Positions 27,586-37,676 of a stretch of DNA of 64,000 nt are shown here, one piece after another; the first letter of the stretch is position 1; the number at the start of each line of letters is the position of its first letter. Origin of the DNA: Limnochordia bacterium (lineage in GTDB: Bacteria > Bacillota > Limnochordia > DTU080); contig JBMNJG010000011.1 in the NCBI GenBank assembly GCA_050951545.1, positions 160,001 to 224,000 on the forward strand, written 5' to 3'. The notes under the pieces were generated by a model. That model did no database searches. It had not been told where the DNA came from and saw only the letters and a list, made by a program, of their open reading frames with translations. The position numbers were made by a program, and so were the translations under genes.

Positions 27586-29955
27586 ATGACGGGTGTGGGA
27601 GTTCGTCGGGGTCCGCAGAGGCTCAAGGCAAGCAAGTCCGTGGATCCCAAGGGACTGGTGTTTGCGTTGTTTCTCCTTTCGGGGAGCGTCAAGGCAGATC
27701 CTTTGTTGGCCTGGTTACCTGTTGATCTGACCCTGTTGTGCGCAGGTGCCAGTGTACTGCTTCTGTGGCGGGAGAGGCGGTGTGAGTCTGATGCTGGCCC
27801 CTGCAAGCCTTCTCGCGAGCTCTGGTGGATGTTGGGTTTGTTTGCTCTTTTCGTTCCGGCTGTACTCTGGACAAGCTGGACGCCGTACTCCGTGTGGAAG
27901 GTCAGTCGGTTGTTTACCCTGACCCTGTTAGCTGGCGTTGCTCCCTTTGTGCTCTTTCGCTCAGACGAGGATGTGTATCGGCTGCTTCATGCCCTTTGGC
28001 TCGTGGCACTGGCCATGGCTTTGTCATCGGCATTCGCCTACTTCACTGGCCGTGGCTCGGGTTCGCGGATTGTGGCTTCTGGGGTCGATACGACGGCCTT
28101 GGGTCGAGCAGCAGGGATGGCGATGCTCTGGTTGTTGTCGCAACGACTGGATGGGAGGGGCCATTGGGCGCTCTTTTGCGTAACAGGTGCTTTGCTTATG
28201 ATGGTGCTTCTCGGTACAGCCGCTAAGGGACCGATACTGGCTGCGGCGGTAAGCACGGGGTTGGTTGCTTGGTTGCGTGTGCGGGAGAAGCCAGGTGAGA
28301 TGATACGGATCGGAGCTTTGTTCGTTCTTCTCGGCCTACTGTTTCTCGTGGCCCGGGGTTATGTGGATGATTCTGCGTTGAGAAGGGTTGGTCAGCTCTT
28401 GCAGGGCAGGCTGACTGGTTCAGAATTGGAGCGTCTGTCTGCCTACGAGCAGTCGTGGGCCTTTGTGAAAAACCATCCCCTTGGGTTGGGGTGGGGGGGG
28501 TTTGCACGTTATGTGAACCTTTGGGAAGGCCTAGATCGCCAGTACCCCCACAATGTGGTGCTTGAGGTGCTGTTGGAGGGTGGTTGGCTGGCCGGTGCTG
28601 CCTTTGTCATTCTTATCTTGCTTTCACTGAGACGTGTCTATACAATGAGCCATGCATTCGAGGCAAGAGCGCTGCTCCCGCTGCTACTATTCTTTCTACT
28701 CAACGCCTTGGTGAGCGGCGACGTCAATGATAATCGGATGCTCTTCACTTTTATTGCGTTAGGGCTTCATACAGGAAGAAGGAGAGCATTGCCGCAGGAA
28801 TCACCTGCAAGAGTACAATGGCAGCCTGAGATTGTGCACCTGACCTCGGCTCATCCCGCCTGTGATGTGCGCATATTTCACAAAGAGTGCCGCGCCCTGG
28901 CCGCTGCGGGCTATAAGGTGGCCGTGGTGGGAAAACACCAGGGAGACGAGCTACGGGATGGCGTGCAAATCCGGGCTCTCAAGCAGTCATCGGGGCGTTT
29001 TGCCCGCTTCACCTCCACAGTAGCTGAGGTGTACCGTCTGGCCTTGCAGGAAGATGGACAGGTCTACCACTTTCACGATCCTGACCTGATTGCTGTGGGC
29101 ATGCTGCTCAAAATGCGTGGCAAGCGAGTCGTGTATGACGTACATGAGAACTTGCCACAGCAGATACTTTTCAAATTGTGGATTCCCGCACCCTTGCGTA
29201 AGTGCGTCAGTTGGGGAGCGGCGGTGATGGAGCATGGCGCGGGCCGCATCTTCGACGCTGTGGTGGCGGCTACACCAACCATTGGTAGTAGATTCCCGCA
29301 GGTCAAGACAGTCTTGGTGCAGAACTTCCCTGTTTTGGAGGAGTTGCCGCGCTCGGTTCAGCCTTACAAGCGCCGCGCACCCATTATTGCCTATCCAGGT
29401 GGACTGAGTGTGGACCAAGGGCTTCTGGAGCTGGTAAGAGCCATGGAGCTGCTACCGGAATCATTGGACGCACGCTTAGTGATGGCTGGCGAGTTTGACA
29501 CGCCTGAGCTGCGAGCACAGGTGGAGGGTATGTCGGGCTGGCGACGGGTTGAGTTTCTTGGATGGCAACAGCGCGACGAAGTGATGCAGCTTTTGGCTAC
29601 TGCTCAAGTAGGCATTGTCGTGGATCATCCGATTCCTAACTACATTGATGGCTACTCCACGAAGATGTTTGAGTATATGCTCGCAGGGCTGCCTGTGGTG
29701 GCCTCAAACTTTCCCCTGTGGCAGGAGATCATCGGGGAAGCTGGGTGCGGTCTTATGGTAGATCCCCATCAACCGGAAGAGGTGGCAGAGGCCATCGCCT
29801 GGTTACTTACTCATCCAGACGAAGCGCAGAAGATGGGTGACAGGGGGCGCCACGCAGTGTTGGAGCGGTTTAACTGGACCATAGAAGCGGAAAAGCTGCT
29901 TGGGCTCTACAGTGGTCTGATAGGTACCTCAGAGAATCCCGAGGTGTTGACATGA
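27586..29955 (+). CDS. Fused O-antigen polymerase/ligase (Wzy_C) and GT4 glycosyltransferase
   Basis: Multi-TM N-half with HPLGLGWGG and YPHNVVLEVLLEGG; C-half HLTSAH..DVRIF.KE, YHFHDPD, KMFEYMLAGLPVVASNF. Confidence 0.85.
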   Translation: MTGVGVRRGPQRLKASKSVDPKGLVFALFLLSGSVKADPLLAWLPVDLTLLCAGASVLLLWRERRCESDAGPCKPSRELWWMLGLFALFVPAVLWTSWTPYSVWKVSRLFTLTLLAGVAPFVLFRSDEDVYRLLHALWLVALAMALSSAFAYFTGRGSGSRIVASGVDTTALGRAAGMAMLWLLSQRLDGRGHWALFCVTGALLMMVLLGTAAKGPILAAAVSTGLVAWLRVREKPGEMIRIGALFVLLGLLFLVARGYVDDSALRRVGQLLQGRLTGSELERLSAYEQSWAFVKNHPLGLGWGGFARYVNLWEGLDRQYPHNVVLEVLLEGGWLAGAAFVILILLSLRRVYTMSHAFEARALLPLLLFFLLNALVSGDVNDNRMLFTFIALGLHTGRRRALPQESPARVQWQPEIVHLTSAHPACDVRIFHKECRALAAAGYKVAVVGKHQGDELRDGVQIRALKQSSGRFARFTSTVAEVYRLALQEDGQVYHFHDPDLIAVGMLLKMRGKRVVYDVHENLPQQILFKLWIPAPLRKCVSWGAAVMEHGAGRIFDAVVAATPTIGSRFPQVKTVLVQNFPVLEELPRSVQPYKRRAPIIAYPGGLSVDQGLLELVRAMELLPESLDARLVMAGEFDTPELRAQVEGMSGWRRVEFLGWQQRDEVMQLLATAQVGIVVDHPIPNYIDGYSTKMFEYMLAGLPVVASNFPLWQEIIGEAGCGLMVDPHQPEEVAEAIAWLLTHPDEAQKMGDRGRHAVLERFNWTIEAEKLLGLYSGLIGTSENPEVLT

Positions 29956-30587
29956 GGTTTTCTAGGATTCTAGTTCTGGCTGCCCATACCGACGACGCCG
30001 AATTGGGATGCGGGGCCACGATGGCCCGTATGCTGGAGGAGGGGGTCGAGGTGTTCGTTGCTGCTTTCTCGACTGCCCAGGAATCTGTGCCAGCGGGATC
30101 GCCTGAAGATATCCTCAAGCAGGAGTTCACGAGGGCGATGGTGCTTCTGGGCATCCCCTCGACGCATATGAGGGTATTCGATTACCCAGTTCGTCGTCTC
30201 TCGTACTACCGGCAAGAGGTGCTTGATAGCCTGATCCAACTGAGGCGTAGCATACAACCCGATTTGGTCTTATTGCCCTCAGGAAGTGACGTGCATCAGG
30301 ATCACCAGGTGCTATACATGGAAGGGACACGCGCCTTTAAGGACATGTCGACTCTCGGCTATGAGTTACCTTGGAATCATATCGACTTTTCGGCTCAAGC
30401 TTTCGTCGTGGTCGAACGACATCACGTGGATCGTAAGTGGCTGGCGTTGCAGGCCTACGAATCGCAGTTTGAGCTTCAGCGGCCGTATTTCACTAAGGAG
30501 TTCATTGAGGGGCTGGCTAAGGTCAGGGGCATCCAGGTGAAGGCGGCCTATGCCGAGGCGTTTGAGGTCGTGAGGGTGAGATTATGA
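29952..30587 (+). CDS. PIG-L/LmbE family de-N-acetylase
   Basis: AAHTDDAELGCG, DVHQDH, YAEAF. Confidence 0.9.
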   Translation: MRFSRILVLAAHTDDAELGCGATMARMLEEGVEVFVAAFSTAQESVPAGSPEDILKQEFTRAMVLLGIPSTHMRVFDYPVRRLSYYRQEVLDSLIQLRRSIQPDLVLLPSGSDVHQDHQVLYMEGTRAFKDMSTLGYELPWNHIDFSAQAFVVVERHHVDRKWLALQAYESQFELQRPYFTKEFIEGLAKVRGIQVKAAYAEAFEVVRVRL

Positions 30588-31264
30588 TCGTCTCTATCCA
30601 TCAACCGAATCTGTGGCCCTGGCTGGGTTTCTTTGATAAGATGGCTGCTAGCGATCTGTTCATACTGCTGGACACAGTGCCTTTCACCAAGGGGGGATTT
30701 CAGAACCGGGTGCAGCTTAAGGGGACCAATGGGGCGCTCTGGCTTACGGTACCTGTGATCACCGCCAAGCGACTGGGGCAGTCCACTCTTGATGTGGAGC
30801 TGAACAGTAGCTCGCATTGGCAGCGCGATCACATGCGAAGTTTTCAGGCCTACTATGCGAAGACTGCAGCCTACGAGACGATGATGCCCGTGTTGGAGGA
30901 GCTCTATCGCCACCAATACCAGAAACTCACCAGCTTCACTGAACCGGGAATCGTCTGGATCGCCCAGATGCTCGGTATCGGTACTCGACTTGTCAAGGCC
31001 AGTGAGCTTAACGTCTCCGGATCAGGATCGCAGTTGCTGTGTGACCTTGTCAGGGAGGCCGGGGGCAGCACCTACCTTTCTGGGCCGAGTGGCCGGCGCT
31101 ATCTGGACGAGGAAGTCTTTCGTAAGCAGGGGATTGAAGTGCACTATCACAGCTTCACTCCTTTCCCCTACACGCAGCGATTCGGCGATTTCATTGGGGG
31201 CCTTAGTGCTCTTGATTATCTTTTCAACGAGCCAGATCTGGTGGCGTGGCAGAATCGGCCTTAA
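30584..31264 (+). CDS. wbqC: WbqC family protein
   Basis: HQPNLWPWLGFFDK, FQNR, YLSGPSG..YL, LSALDYLFN. Confidence 0.9.
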   Translation: MIVSIHQPNLWPWLGFFDKMAASDLFILLDTVPFTKGGFQNRVQLKGTNGALWLTVPVITAKRLGQSTLDVELNSSSHWQRDHMRSFQAYYAKTAAYETMMPVLEELYRHQYQKLTSFTEPGIVWIAQMLGIGTRLVKASELNVSGSGSQLLCDLVREAGGSTYLSGPSGRRYLDEEVFRKQGIEVHYHSFTPFPYTQRFGDFIGGLSALDYLFNEPDLVAWQNRP

Positions 31265-31285
31265 CGTCTGGTTGGAGGGAAAGCA

Positions 31286-32545
31286 TTGCGTGTATGGTTG
31301 GTGACGGTCGGAGAGCCTGTGCCCCTTGATGACGGTAGGCGGGATCGTCTGCATCGGGTGGGTATGCTAGCTGAAGCACTAGTGGCCCGTGGCCACGAGG
31401 TGCTCTGGTGGACCTCTAGTTTCGATCATTTTCGCCGGAAACAGCGGTTCTCTGCGGATACCACGATGAGTATCAGTGAGGGGTACCGGCTGCGCTTTCT
31501 GCGGTCGGTGGGCTATCAGCGTACGATCTCCGTGAGGCGTCTCATCGATCACTGGGAGCTGGCCCGTAAATTCGCCACTCAGGCCGTTCAGGAGCCCGTG
31601 CCTGACGTGATCCACTGTTCGTTGCCAACGATTGAGCTTTCTGTGGCTGCTACGGCCTACGGTAAGAAGCACGGGGTCCCCGTGGTGATCGACGCCCGCG
31701 ATCAGTGGCCCGATATCTTCCTGGAGGTACTGCCCCTTTGGGGTAGAAACCTGGGCAGGGCAGTTCTCGCGCCGATGTTTTCGGCAGTCCGGCAGGCCTG
31801 TCGAGATGCCACGGCCTTGTGGGGCATCACTCCGGGCTATGTGGACTGGGCTCTGGCATATGCTGGTCGCGCACGCACCGCCAAAGACCAGGATTTTCCC
31901 CTGGGGTACGACGGCAGACCGCCGTCAGCAGAAGAACAGGCCCAGGCGATCCACTTTTGGGCCGATTTGGGACTGCGATCAGAGAACGATGATTTCATAG
32001 CCTGTTTCTTTGGAGCGATGAGCGAGCAGTCTATGGAGATGAGAACGGTGTTCGCCGCGGCCAAGCAGCTGCAGGGTGATCTGCCAGTGAAATTCGTACT
32101 CTGTGGCAGCGGTGGCGATCTGCAAAACTACAAGGCGTTGGCCGCAGGGACAGCGAATGTGGTTTTTCCGGGCTGGATTGGCGCAGCTGAGATCTGGGCG
32201 CTGATGCGGATGAGCAGTGTGGGCCTAGCCCCTTATCGGAGCAGCCCCAGTTTTGTCTGTAGCATTCCAAACAAAGCCATTGAGTATATGTCGGCTGGAT
32301 TGCCGGTAATTTCTAGTCTGAAAGGCACTCTAAAGGAGCTGCTGGCAGAAAACCAGTGTGGCATCACCTACCCCAACGGGAATCCTGACGCATTGGCACA
32401 TACGCTGCGGGAGCTGATGCAGCAACCGCGGCGTCGTGAAGCCTTAGGCGAGAACGCCCTGCGCCTGTTTCACGAACGTTTTGACGCGCAGAAGGTCTAC
32501 CTCGGTATGTGCGATGCACTCGAGGAACTGAAGGTCTCCGGCTGA
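31286..32545 (+). CDS. GT4 glycosyltransferase (WbuB-like)
   Basis: WWTSSFDH, DARDQWPD, IPNKAIEYMSAGLPVI. Confidence 0.88.
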   Translation: MRVWLVTVGEPVPLDDGRRDRLHRVGMLAEALVARGHEVLWWTSSFDHFRRKQRFSADTTMSISEGYRLRFLRSVGYQRTISVRRLIDHWELARKFATQAVQEPVPDVIHCSLPTIELSVAATAYGKKHGVPVVIDARDQWPDIFLEVLPLWGRNLGRAVLAPMFSAVRQACRDATALWGITPGYVDWALAYAGRARTAKDQDFPLGYDGRPPSAEEQAQAIHFWADLGLRSENDDFIACFFGAMSEQSMEMRTVFAAAKQLQGDLPVKFVLCGSGGDLQNYKALAAGTANVVFPGWIGAAEIWALMRMSSVGLAPYRSSPSFVCSIPNKAIEYMSAGLPVISSLKGTLKELLAENQCGITYPNGNPDALAHTLRELMQQPRRREALGENALRLFHERFDAQKVYLGMCDALEELKVSG

Positions 32546-32585
32546 GGGTCTGGCGCGACTGGCGCTAGCTGGCCATTTAGTCGCG

Positions 32586-32613
32586 GCAGGTATATGTGTA
32601 CGTATGCTCGAAT
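32586..32613 (+). promoter_or_regulatory. SigH-like promoter
   Basis: GCAGGT-18 nt-GAAT upstream of the second half of the glycan locus. Confidence 0.45.
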
Positions 32614-32669
32614 GATTTTTAGACGCGCGGCCTCGGTTGCCGAATAGCTCTAAGAGGGATGGGTGTGTA

Positions 32670-33776
32670 TTGAGCTTTAGAGTCCGCTTTGTGAACCCTG
32701 CTAGGCTGTATCGGATGATCCAGACGGAGCTTGATCAGGCTTATCGTGAGGTGATGGAGCGAGGCGACCTTATCGATCGCGGGCAGTTGAGGTCGTTTGA
32801 GGAGCATTTGGCCGACTTTGTCGGTACGAAGTATGCTGTTGGCCTCAACAGTGGCTACGACGCGTTGTTCATGTCCCTGCGGGCAGCTGGCGTCGGGCAT
32901 GGCGATGAGGTGGTAGTCCCTGCGCACACGTTCGTGGCTACAGCTTCTGCAGTCGTTAACGCTGGGGCTACACCAGTCTTGGTGGATGTGGGGCCCGACT
33001 TCAACATTTATGTGGAGAAGATAGAGGAGGCCATCACCGACAGGACCAAGGCGATCATTCCGGTGCACCTCAATGGCTATATGGCAGACATGCCAGCAAT
33101 CATGAAGATTGCAGAGCGCTATCAGCTTGTAGTGGTAGAGGATGCTTGTCAGAGTCTTGGTGCGAGCATTGATGGGAAAAGGGCTGGTGCCTGGGGCCTT
33201 ACTGGCTGCTGGAGCTTTTATCCCTTCAAGATCCTTGGAGGGTATGGCGATGGAGGGGCTATTACCACCGATGATCCTGAGGTGGCTCAGTTCGCTCGCC
33301 GTATGCGCTTCAACGGTGAAGATCGGGAGACAGGCGAGTATCATGGTCATGGCTACACATGTCTACTAGACAACATTCAGGCGGCCTTTCTTGATGTGAA
33401 ACTGCGCTATCTGCCTGCTTGGATTGAGAGGCGCAAACACATTGCGCAGCAGTACTGCGAGGCATTTCGCGACGTTCCTGAGCTGAGTCTACCGCACTAC
33501 GATCGGCCAGGGTTCGACCATGTCTATCAGAACTATGTGGTGCGATCGCCGCAGGGGGATGCCTTTTCCGATCACCTCAGAGCCCAGGGCGTGGAGGTGC
33601 TCGTCCAGTTTCGAAAGCCGTATTATAGGCATGAGGCACTGAATCTGGTCGATCGCGGATTCCCCGAGACAGAGGTTCTCAGTCGCGAAGTTTGCTCGTT
33701 GCCAATGTGTGTGGAGTTGCTCGATGAGGAGATTGCACACGTCATCAAGGCAGTGCGCAGTTTCTATGACAAGTAG
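32670..33776 (+). CDS. DegT family NDP-sugar aminotransferase
   Basis: GDEVVVPAHTFVAT, IIPVHLNG, VEDACQ, SFYPFKILGGYGDGG; TTG start inferred. Confidence 0.9.
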   Translation: MSFRVRFVNPARLYRMIQTELDQAYREVMERGDLIDRGQLRSFEEHLADFVGTKYAVGLNSGYDALFMSLRAAGVGHGDEVVVPAHTFVATASAVVNAGATPVLVDVGPDFNIYVEKIEEAITDRTKAIIPVHLNGYMADMPAIMKIAERYQLVVVEDACQSLGASIDGKRAGAWGLTGCWSFYPFKILGGYGDGGAITTDDPEVAQFARRMRFNGEDRETGEYHGHGYTCLLDNIQAAFLDVKLRYLPAWIERRKHIAQQYCEAFRDVPELSLPHYDRPGFDHVYQNYVVRSPQGDAFSDHLRAQGVEVLVQFRKPYYRHEALNLVDRGFPETEVLSREVCSLPMCVELLDEEIAHVIKAVRSFYDK

Positions 33777-33786
33777 GAGCAAAGAC

Positions 33787-34986
33787 ATGGGGGTCAGACG
33801 TGTGAAGCCGCTGGCGATTGTCACAGAGAGTTTTACGGAATCGGTTATCCGGGAGATGACACGTATATGTGATGCAGCGGGTGGTCACAATCTGGCTCAG
33901 GGTTTTCCTGATTTCCCCGCTCCGGCAGTGCTCAAGGAGGCAGCCATCGCGGCTATTCGGGCAGAGTGGAACCAGTACCCGGTGACTTTCGGAGAACCCG
34001 AGTTGCGTCAGGCCATCAGTAAGAAAGCACTCAGCTACAATGGATTGGTTGTCAATCCGGATACCGAGATCACGGTGACCTGTGGGGCAACCGAGGCCAT
34101 GATTGCCACTCTCAAGGCGATCATCAACCCAGGTGACGAGATCATTGTCTTTGAGCCTTTTTATGAGAACTACGGCCCCGATGGGATTCTCTCAGGGGCT
34201 ACTCCGCGTTATGTGACCTTGCACGCCCCAGACTGGCACCTTTCTATGGAGGAGCTGGCCGCGGCCTTTAACGACCGGACGAAGGCGATCGTTATCAACA
34301 CACCCAATAACCCGACCGGCAAGGTCTTCACTCGCGAGGAGCTGACCCAGATAGCCACTCTATGCATGAAGTGGGGTGCTCTGGCGGTAACTGATGAGAT
34401 CTATGAGCACATCCTCTATGACGATGCGGAGCACATCTCTATCGCTAGTCTTCCGGGCATGGCAGAGCGCACCGTGACCATCAACTCCATCTCAAAGTCG
34501 TACTCTGTGACAGGTTGGCGAGTGGGATGGGCCATTGCTGCCCCTCACATCACGGAACGCATCCGGAAAGTGCATGATTTTCTCACCGTCGGAGCACCGA
34601 CTCCCTTTCAGCACGCGGCGGTAGTCGCCTTAGGCTTTCCGCAGGAGTATTACGCAGGGCTACAATCCCATTACGCGGCTGCACGGGATTTCCTTATCAG
34701 TGCCTTGGAAGACACCGGATTCGCGCCGTCACTGCCGCGCGGTGCCTACTACACGTTCGTTGGCGTAGAAGACTTGATGAAGGGACTGAAGGTTGCGGAC
34801 GACATGACCTTCAGTCGGCGCTTGATTGAGTTGACGGGTGTGGCCACGGTACCCGGTTCGTCCTTCTATTCTGATCCGCGCCAGGGCATGAAGCAGGTCC
34901 GATTCTGTTTCTGCAAGCAGTGGGAGACCCTGCGGGCTGTCAAGCAAGCGCTTCAGCGGTTGGCAGAGGTCCCTGTCGTCGGCTGA
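33787..34986 (+). CDS. Class I/II PLP-dependent aminotransferase
   Basis: NLAQGFPDF, NTPNNPTGK, DEIYEH, SKSYSVTGWRVG. Confidence 0.92.
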   Translation: MGVRRVKPLAIVTESFTESVIREMTRICDAAGGHNLAQGFPDFPAPAVLKEAAIAAIRAEWNQYPVTFGEPELRQAISKKALSYNGLVVNPDTEITVTCGATEAMIATLKAIINPGDEIIVFEPFYENYGPDGILSGATPRYVTLHAPDWHLSMEELAAAFNDRTKAIVINTPNNPTGKVFTREELTQIATLCMKWGALAVTDEIYEHILYDDAEHISIASLPGMAERTVTINSISKSYSVTGWRVGWAIAAPHITERIRKVHDFLTVGAPTPFQHAAVVALGFPQEYYAGLQSHYAAARDFLISALEDTGFAPSLPRGAYYTFVGVEDLMKGLKVADDMTFSRRLIELTGVATVPGSSFYSDPRQGMKQVRFCFCKQWETLRAVKQALQRLAEVPVVG

Positions 34987-35009
34987 ATCGACATTATGAG
35001 GTGGATGAT

Positions 35010-35981
35010 GTGGTTGTGGGTCTTCTGCAATCTATGTATGTGTCCATGCTTCGCATCCGGCTCTTCGAGGAACGGGTAGCCGATCTGATAGAGGCGAAGG
35101 AGATCCGTACGCCTGTTCACTTATGCATAGGGCAGGAGGGCGTGGCGGTGGGGGTGTGTGCCAGTCTGCGTCGCCACGACACCGTTTGGGGGAATCATCG
35201 CTCTCATGGCCACTATCTGGCCAAAGGTGGCGACATGTCTGCCTTGATGGCCGAGATCTTCTGTCGCCTAGACGGGTGCGCGGGAGGGCGGGGAGGTTCG
35301 ATGCATGTCGTGGCTACTGAGGTAGGCATCTTGGGCACTGTGCCGATGGTGGGGGCCACTGTACCCATCGCCGTGGGAGCAGCCCTCAGCGCGAAGATGC
35401 AGGGGCACGAGCACGTTGCGGTGAGCTTCTTTGGCGATGGTGCCACGGAAGAGGGCGTGATCCACGAAGCCCTCAATTTCGCTACCCTGAACAAACTGCC
35501 AGTCGTTTTCGTGTGTGAGAACAACGGTTACTCGAGCCACTTACCATTGTCTGCCCGTCGGGCAGTCGGTGAGCTGCATCTGCATGCGCTTCCCTATGGT
35601 ATTCCAGGTCTACGGGTGGATGGCAACGATGTACAGACTGTGTATGACGCGGCTTCACAGGCGGTCGAGAGAGCGCGCAGAGGTGAGGGGCCGACGCTGT
35701 TAGAGTGCATGACGTACCGCTGGCGGGGCCATGTCGGTCCGCGATGGGACCTTGATGTGGGTATAAGGGACGAAGAAGAGCTGGCCTCGTGGATGGCTCA
35801 CTGCCCCATAAGAAGTTTGGAGGCCAGTCTGAAAAACACGGGCGTGTTGACCCCCGATGCCCTGGAGGCGCTGAAGGCTGAGGTAGTTCGAGAGGTCGAC
35901 ACAGCCGTGGATTTCGCAAGGCGCAGTTCGTACCCATCCGCTGACACCTTGTTAGAGCATGTTTTTGTGGGTCAGGAGTGA
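35010..35981 (+). CDS. TPP-dependent dehydrogenase E1 alpha subunit
   Basis: HLCIGQE, HRSHGHY, GRGGSMH, FFGDGA...ENN, YRWRGH. Confidence 0.92.
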   Translation: MVVGLLQSMYVSMLRIRLFEERVADLIEAKEIRTPVHLCIGQEGVAVGVCASLRRHDTVWGNHRSHGHYLAKGGDMSALMAEIFCRLDGCAGGRGGSMHVVATEVGILGTVPMVGATVPIAVGAALSAKMQGHEHVAVSFFGDGATEEGVIHEALNFATLNKLPVVFVCENNGYSSHLPLSARRAVGELHLHALPYGIPGLRVDGNDVQTVYDAASQAVERARRGEGPTLLECMTYRWRGHVGPRWDLDVGIRDEEELASWMAHCPIRSLEASLKNTGVLTPDALEALKAEVVREVDTAVDFARRSSYPSADTLLEHVFVGQE

Positions 35982-37066
35982 GTGGGGCCATGCGCCGTAT
36001 CTCGTATGCCGAGGCAATTAATGAGGCTTTCCATCAAGTGATGCAACACGATGAGCGCGTCTTCGTGTTGGGTCAAGGCGTTAATAACCCCTGGTACGTC
36101 GGTACCACGGCCAACGGCTTGTATGCGCGTTTTGGTAAGGACCGGGTCATCGACCCGCCGATCTCGGAGAATGGCCTGAATGGCGTGGTTATTGGGGCTG
36201 CACTGACGGGTATGCGTCCGATTGTCCTTCATCCGCGTCTAGACTTTCTGCTTACTGGTCTGGAGCAACTGGTCAATCAGGCTGCTAACTGGTCGTACGT
36301 CTTTGCGGGCCAGGTCCCATGCCCGCTGGTGGTGCGGGGGATTATCAACAGGGGAGGCGAACAAGGCGCTCAGCACTCGCAAGCGCTGCAAGCGCTTTTC
36401 ATGCATGTGCCAGGCCTCAAGGTAGTGATGCCAGCCACTCCCTACGATGCCAAAGGGCTCCTCATCGCCGCTGTGGAGGACGAGAACCCTGTGGTCTACA
36501 TTGATGATCGGTGGCTTTACGGTCAGGTCGGCGAGGTGCCAGAGCATCGGTACCGGGTTCCGATCGGTAAGGCGGCGCTGTTGCTACAGGGCTGCGATGT
36601 GACGATTGTGGCTGTCTCTTACATGGTGAAGTTGGCCTTAGAAGCGGCCCAGCTTCTAGCCGAGCAGGGCATTCAGGCCGAGGTGATTGACGTACGTTCG
36701 CTCAAACCGCTGGATGATGATCTCATATGCACCTCCGTGCACAAGACCGGGCGGCTGGTGGTAGCTGAGGCCGCGTGGAGGACAGGGGGGGCTGCCGCGG
36801 AGATTGCGGCGCGCGTGGCGGAGTTGGCTTTTGACAGTCTGAAGGCTCCTGTTCAGCGAGTGACCCTTCCGGATGCTCCTGCGCCTTGCAGTCGATCTCT
36901 CGAAGAGGCGTACTATCCTACCTCGGGCGATATCGTGGCGGCGGTACGACGCACTATGCCAGGGCGACGAGCGCACAACGGCGCCTCGCGGGGCCCGGCA
37001 AGCACATCAGATCCAGGCGCCGATACTCTACAGGGGGATCCCGATTGTGATCAAGCGCGCGTGTGA
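35978..37066 (+). CDS. TPP-dependent dehydrogenase E1 beta subunit
   Basis: RVIDPPISE, GAQHSQ, PGLKVVMPATPYDAKGLL, DVRSLKPLD. Confidence 0.92.
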   Translation: MSGAMRRISYAEAINEAFHQVMQHDERVFVLGQGVNNPWYVGTTANGLYARFGKDRVIDPPISENGLNGVVIGAALTGMRPIVLHPRLDFLLTGLEQLVNQAANWSYVFAGQVPCPLVVRGIINRGGEQGAQHSQALQALFMHVPGLKVVMPATPYDAKGLLIAAVEDENPVVYIDDRWLYGQVGEVPEHRYRVPIGKAALLLQGCDVTIVAVSYMVKLALEAAQLLAEQGIQAEVIDVRSLKPLDDDLICTSVHKTGRLVVAEAAWRTGGAAAEIAARVAELAFDSLKAPVQRVTLPDAPAPCSRSLEEAYYPTSGDIVAAVRRTMPGRRAHNGASRGPASTSDPGADTLQGDPDCDQARV

Positions 37067-37676
37067 CATCGCTGTCGCATCGATAGGCCTTGTCCTCTTG
37101 TCTCCACTGCTTCTACTGCTGGCAGTAGCTATAAAGGTCAGCTCGCCGGGACCTGTGTTTTATAGGGGTGAGCGAATCGGTAGATACGGCCAGCCCTTTC
37201 GCATCTTCAAATTCCGCTCGATGGTGGTGGACGCGGAGAAACTTGGCGGCTCATCGAGCGGCGATGACGACCCGCGCATTACCCCCATCGGTCGCTTCAT
37301 GCGCAAGTGTAAGCTTGATGAACTCCCTCAGCTGATCAATGTGTTGCTGGGGGATATGAGCATGGTGGGCCCTAGACCTGAAGTCGCGAGGTTTGTGGCG
37401 ATGTATACGCCGGAGGAGCGCGTGATACTCACCATACGGCCGGGCATCACCGATTGGGCGTCTCTGTGGAACTCTGATGAAGGAGCCATCCTGGCGGGTG
37501 CCGAAGACCCAGACCAAGCCTATCTGGAGCTGATCAGGCCGACCAAGATTCGTTTACAGCTCAAATACGTGGAAGAGCGGTCGTTGGGAACCGATATGCG
37601 GATTCTCGTCCTGACGGTGCTGCGGCTTCTGCAGAAGGACAGGATACCAGAAGAGATTCGATCACTATGCCAATGA
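37047..37676 (+). CDS. Initiating phosphoglycosyl transferase (Bac_transf/PglC-like)
   Basis: IKRACD, FKFRSM, DPRIT, KLDELPQLINV..GDMSMVGPRPE, RPGITD; GTG 37047. Confidence 0.92.
   Translation: MIKRACDIAVASIGLVLLSPLLLLLAVAIKVSSPGPVFYRGERIGRYGQPFRIFKFRSMVVDAEKLGGSSSGDDDPRITPIGRFMRKCKLDELPQLINVLLGDMSMVGPRPEVARFVAMYTPEERVILTIRPGITDWASLWNSDEGAILAGAEDPDQAYLELIRPTKIRLQLKYVEERSLGTDMRILVLTVLRLLQKDRIPEEIRSLCQ

Noticed and set aside
32619-33350. Antisense ORFs of 200-300 aa (also 18672-19625, 20735-21388, 62423-63022)
   Set aside because: Shadow frames opposite well-supported genes in GC-rich DNA
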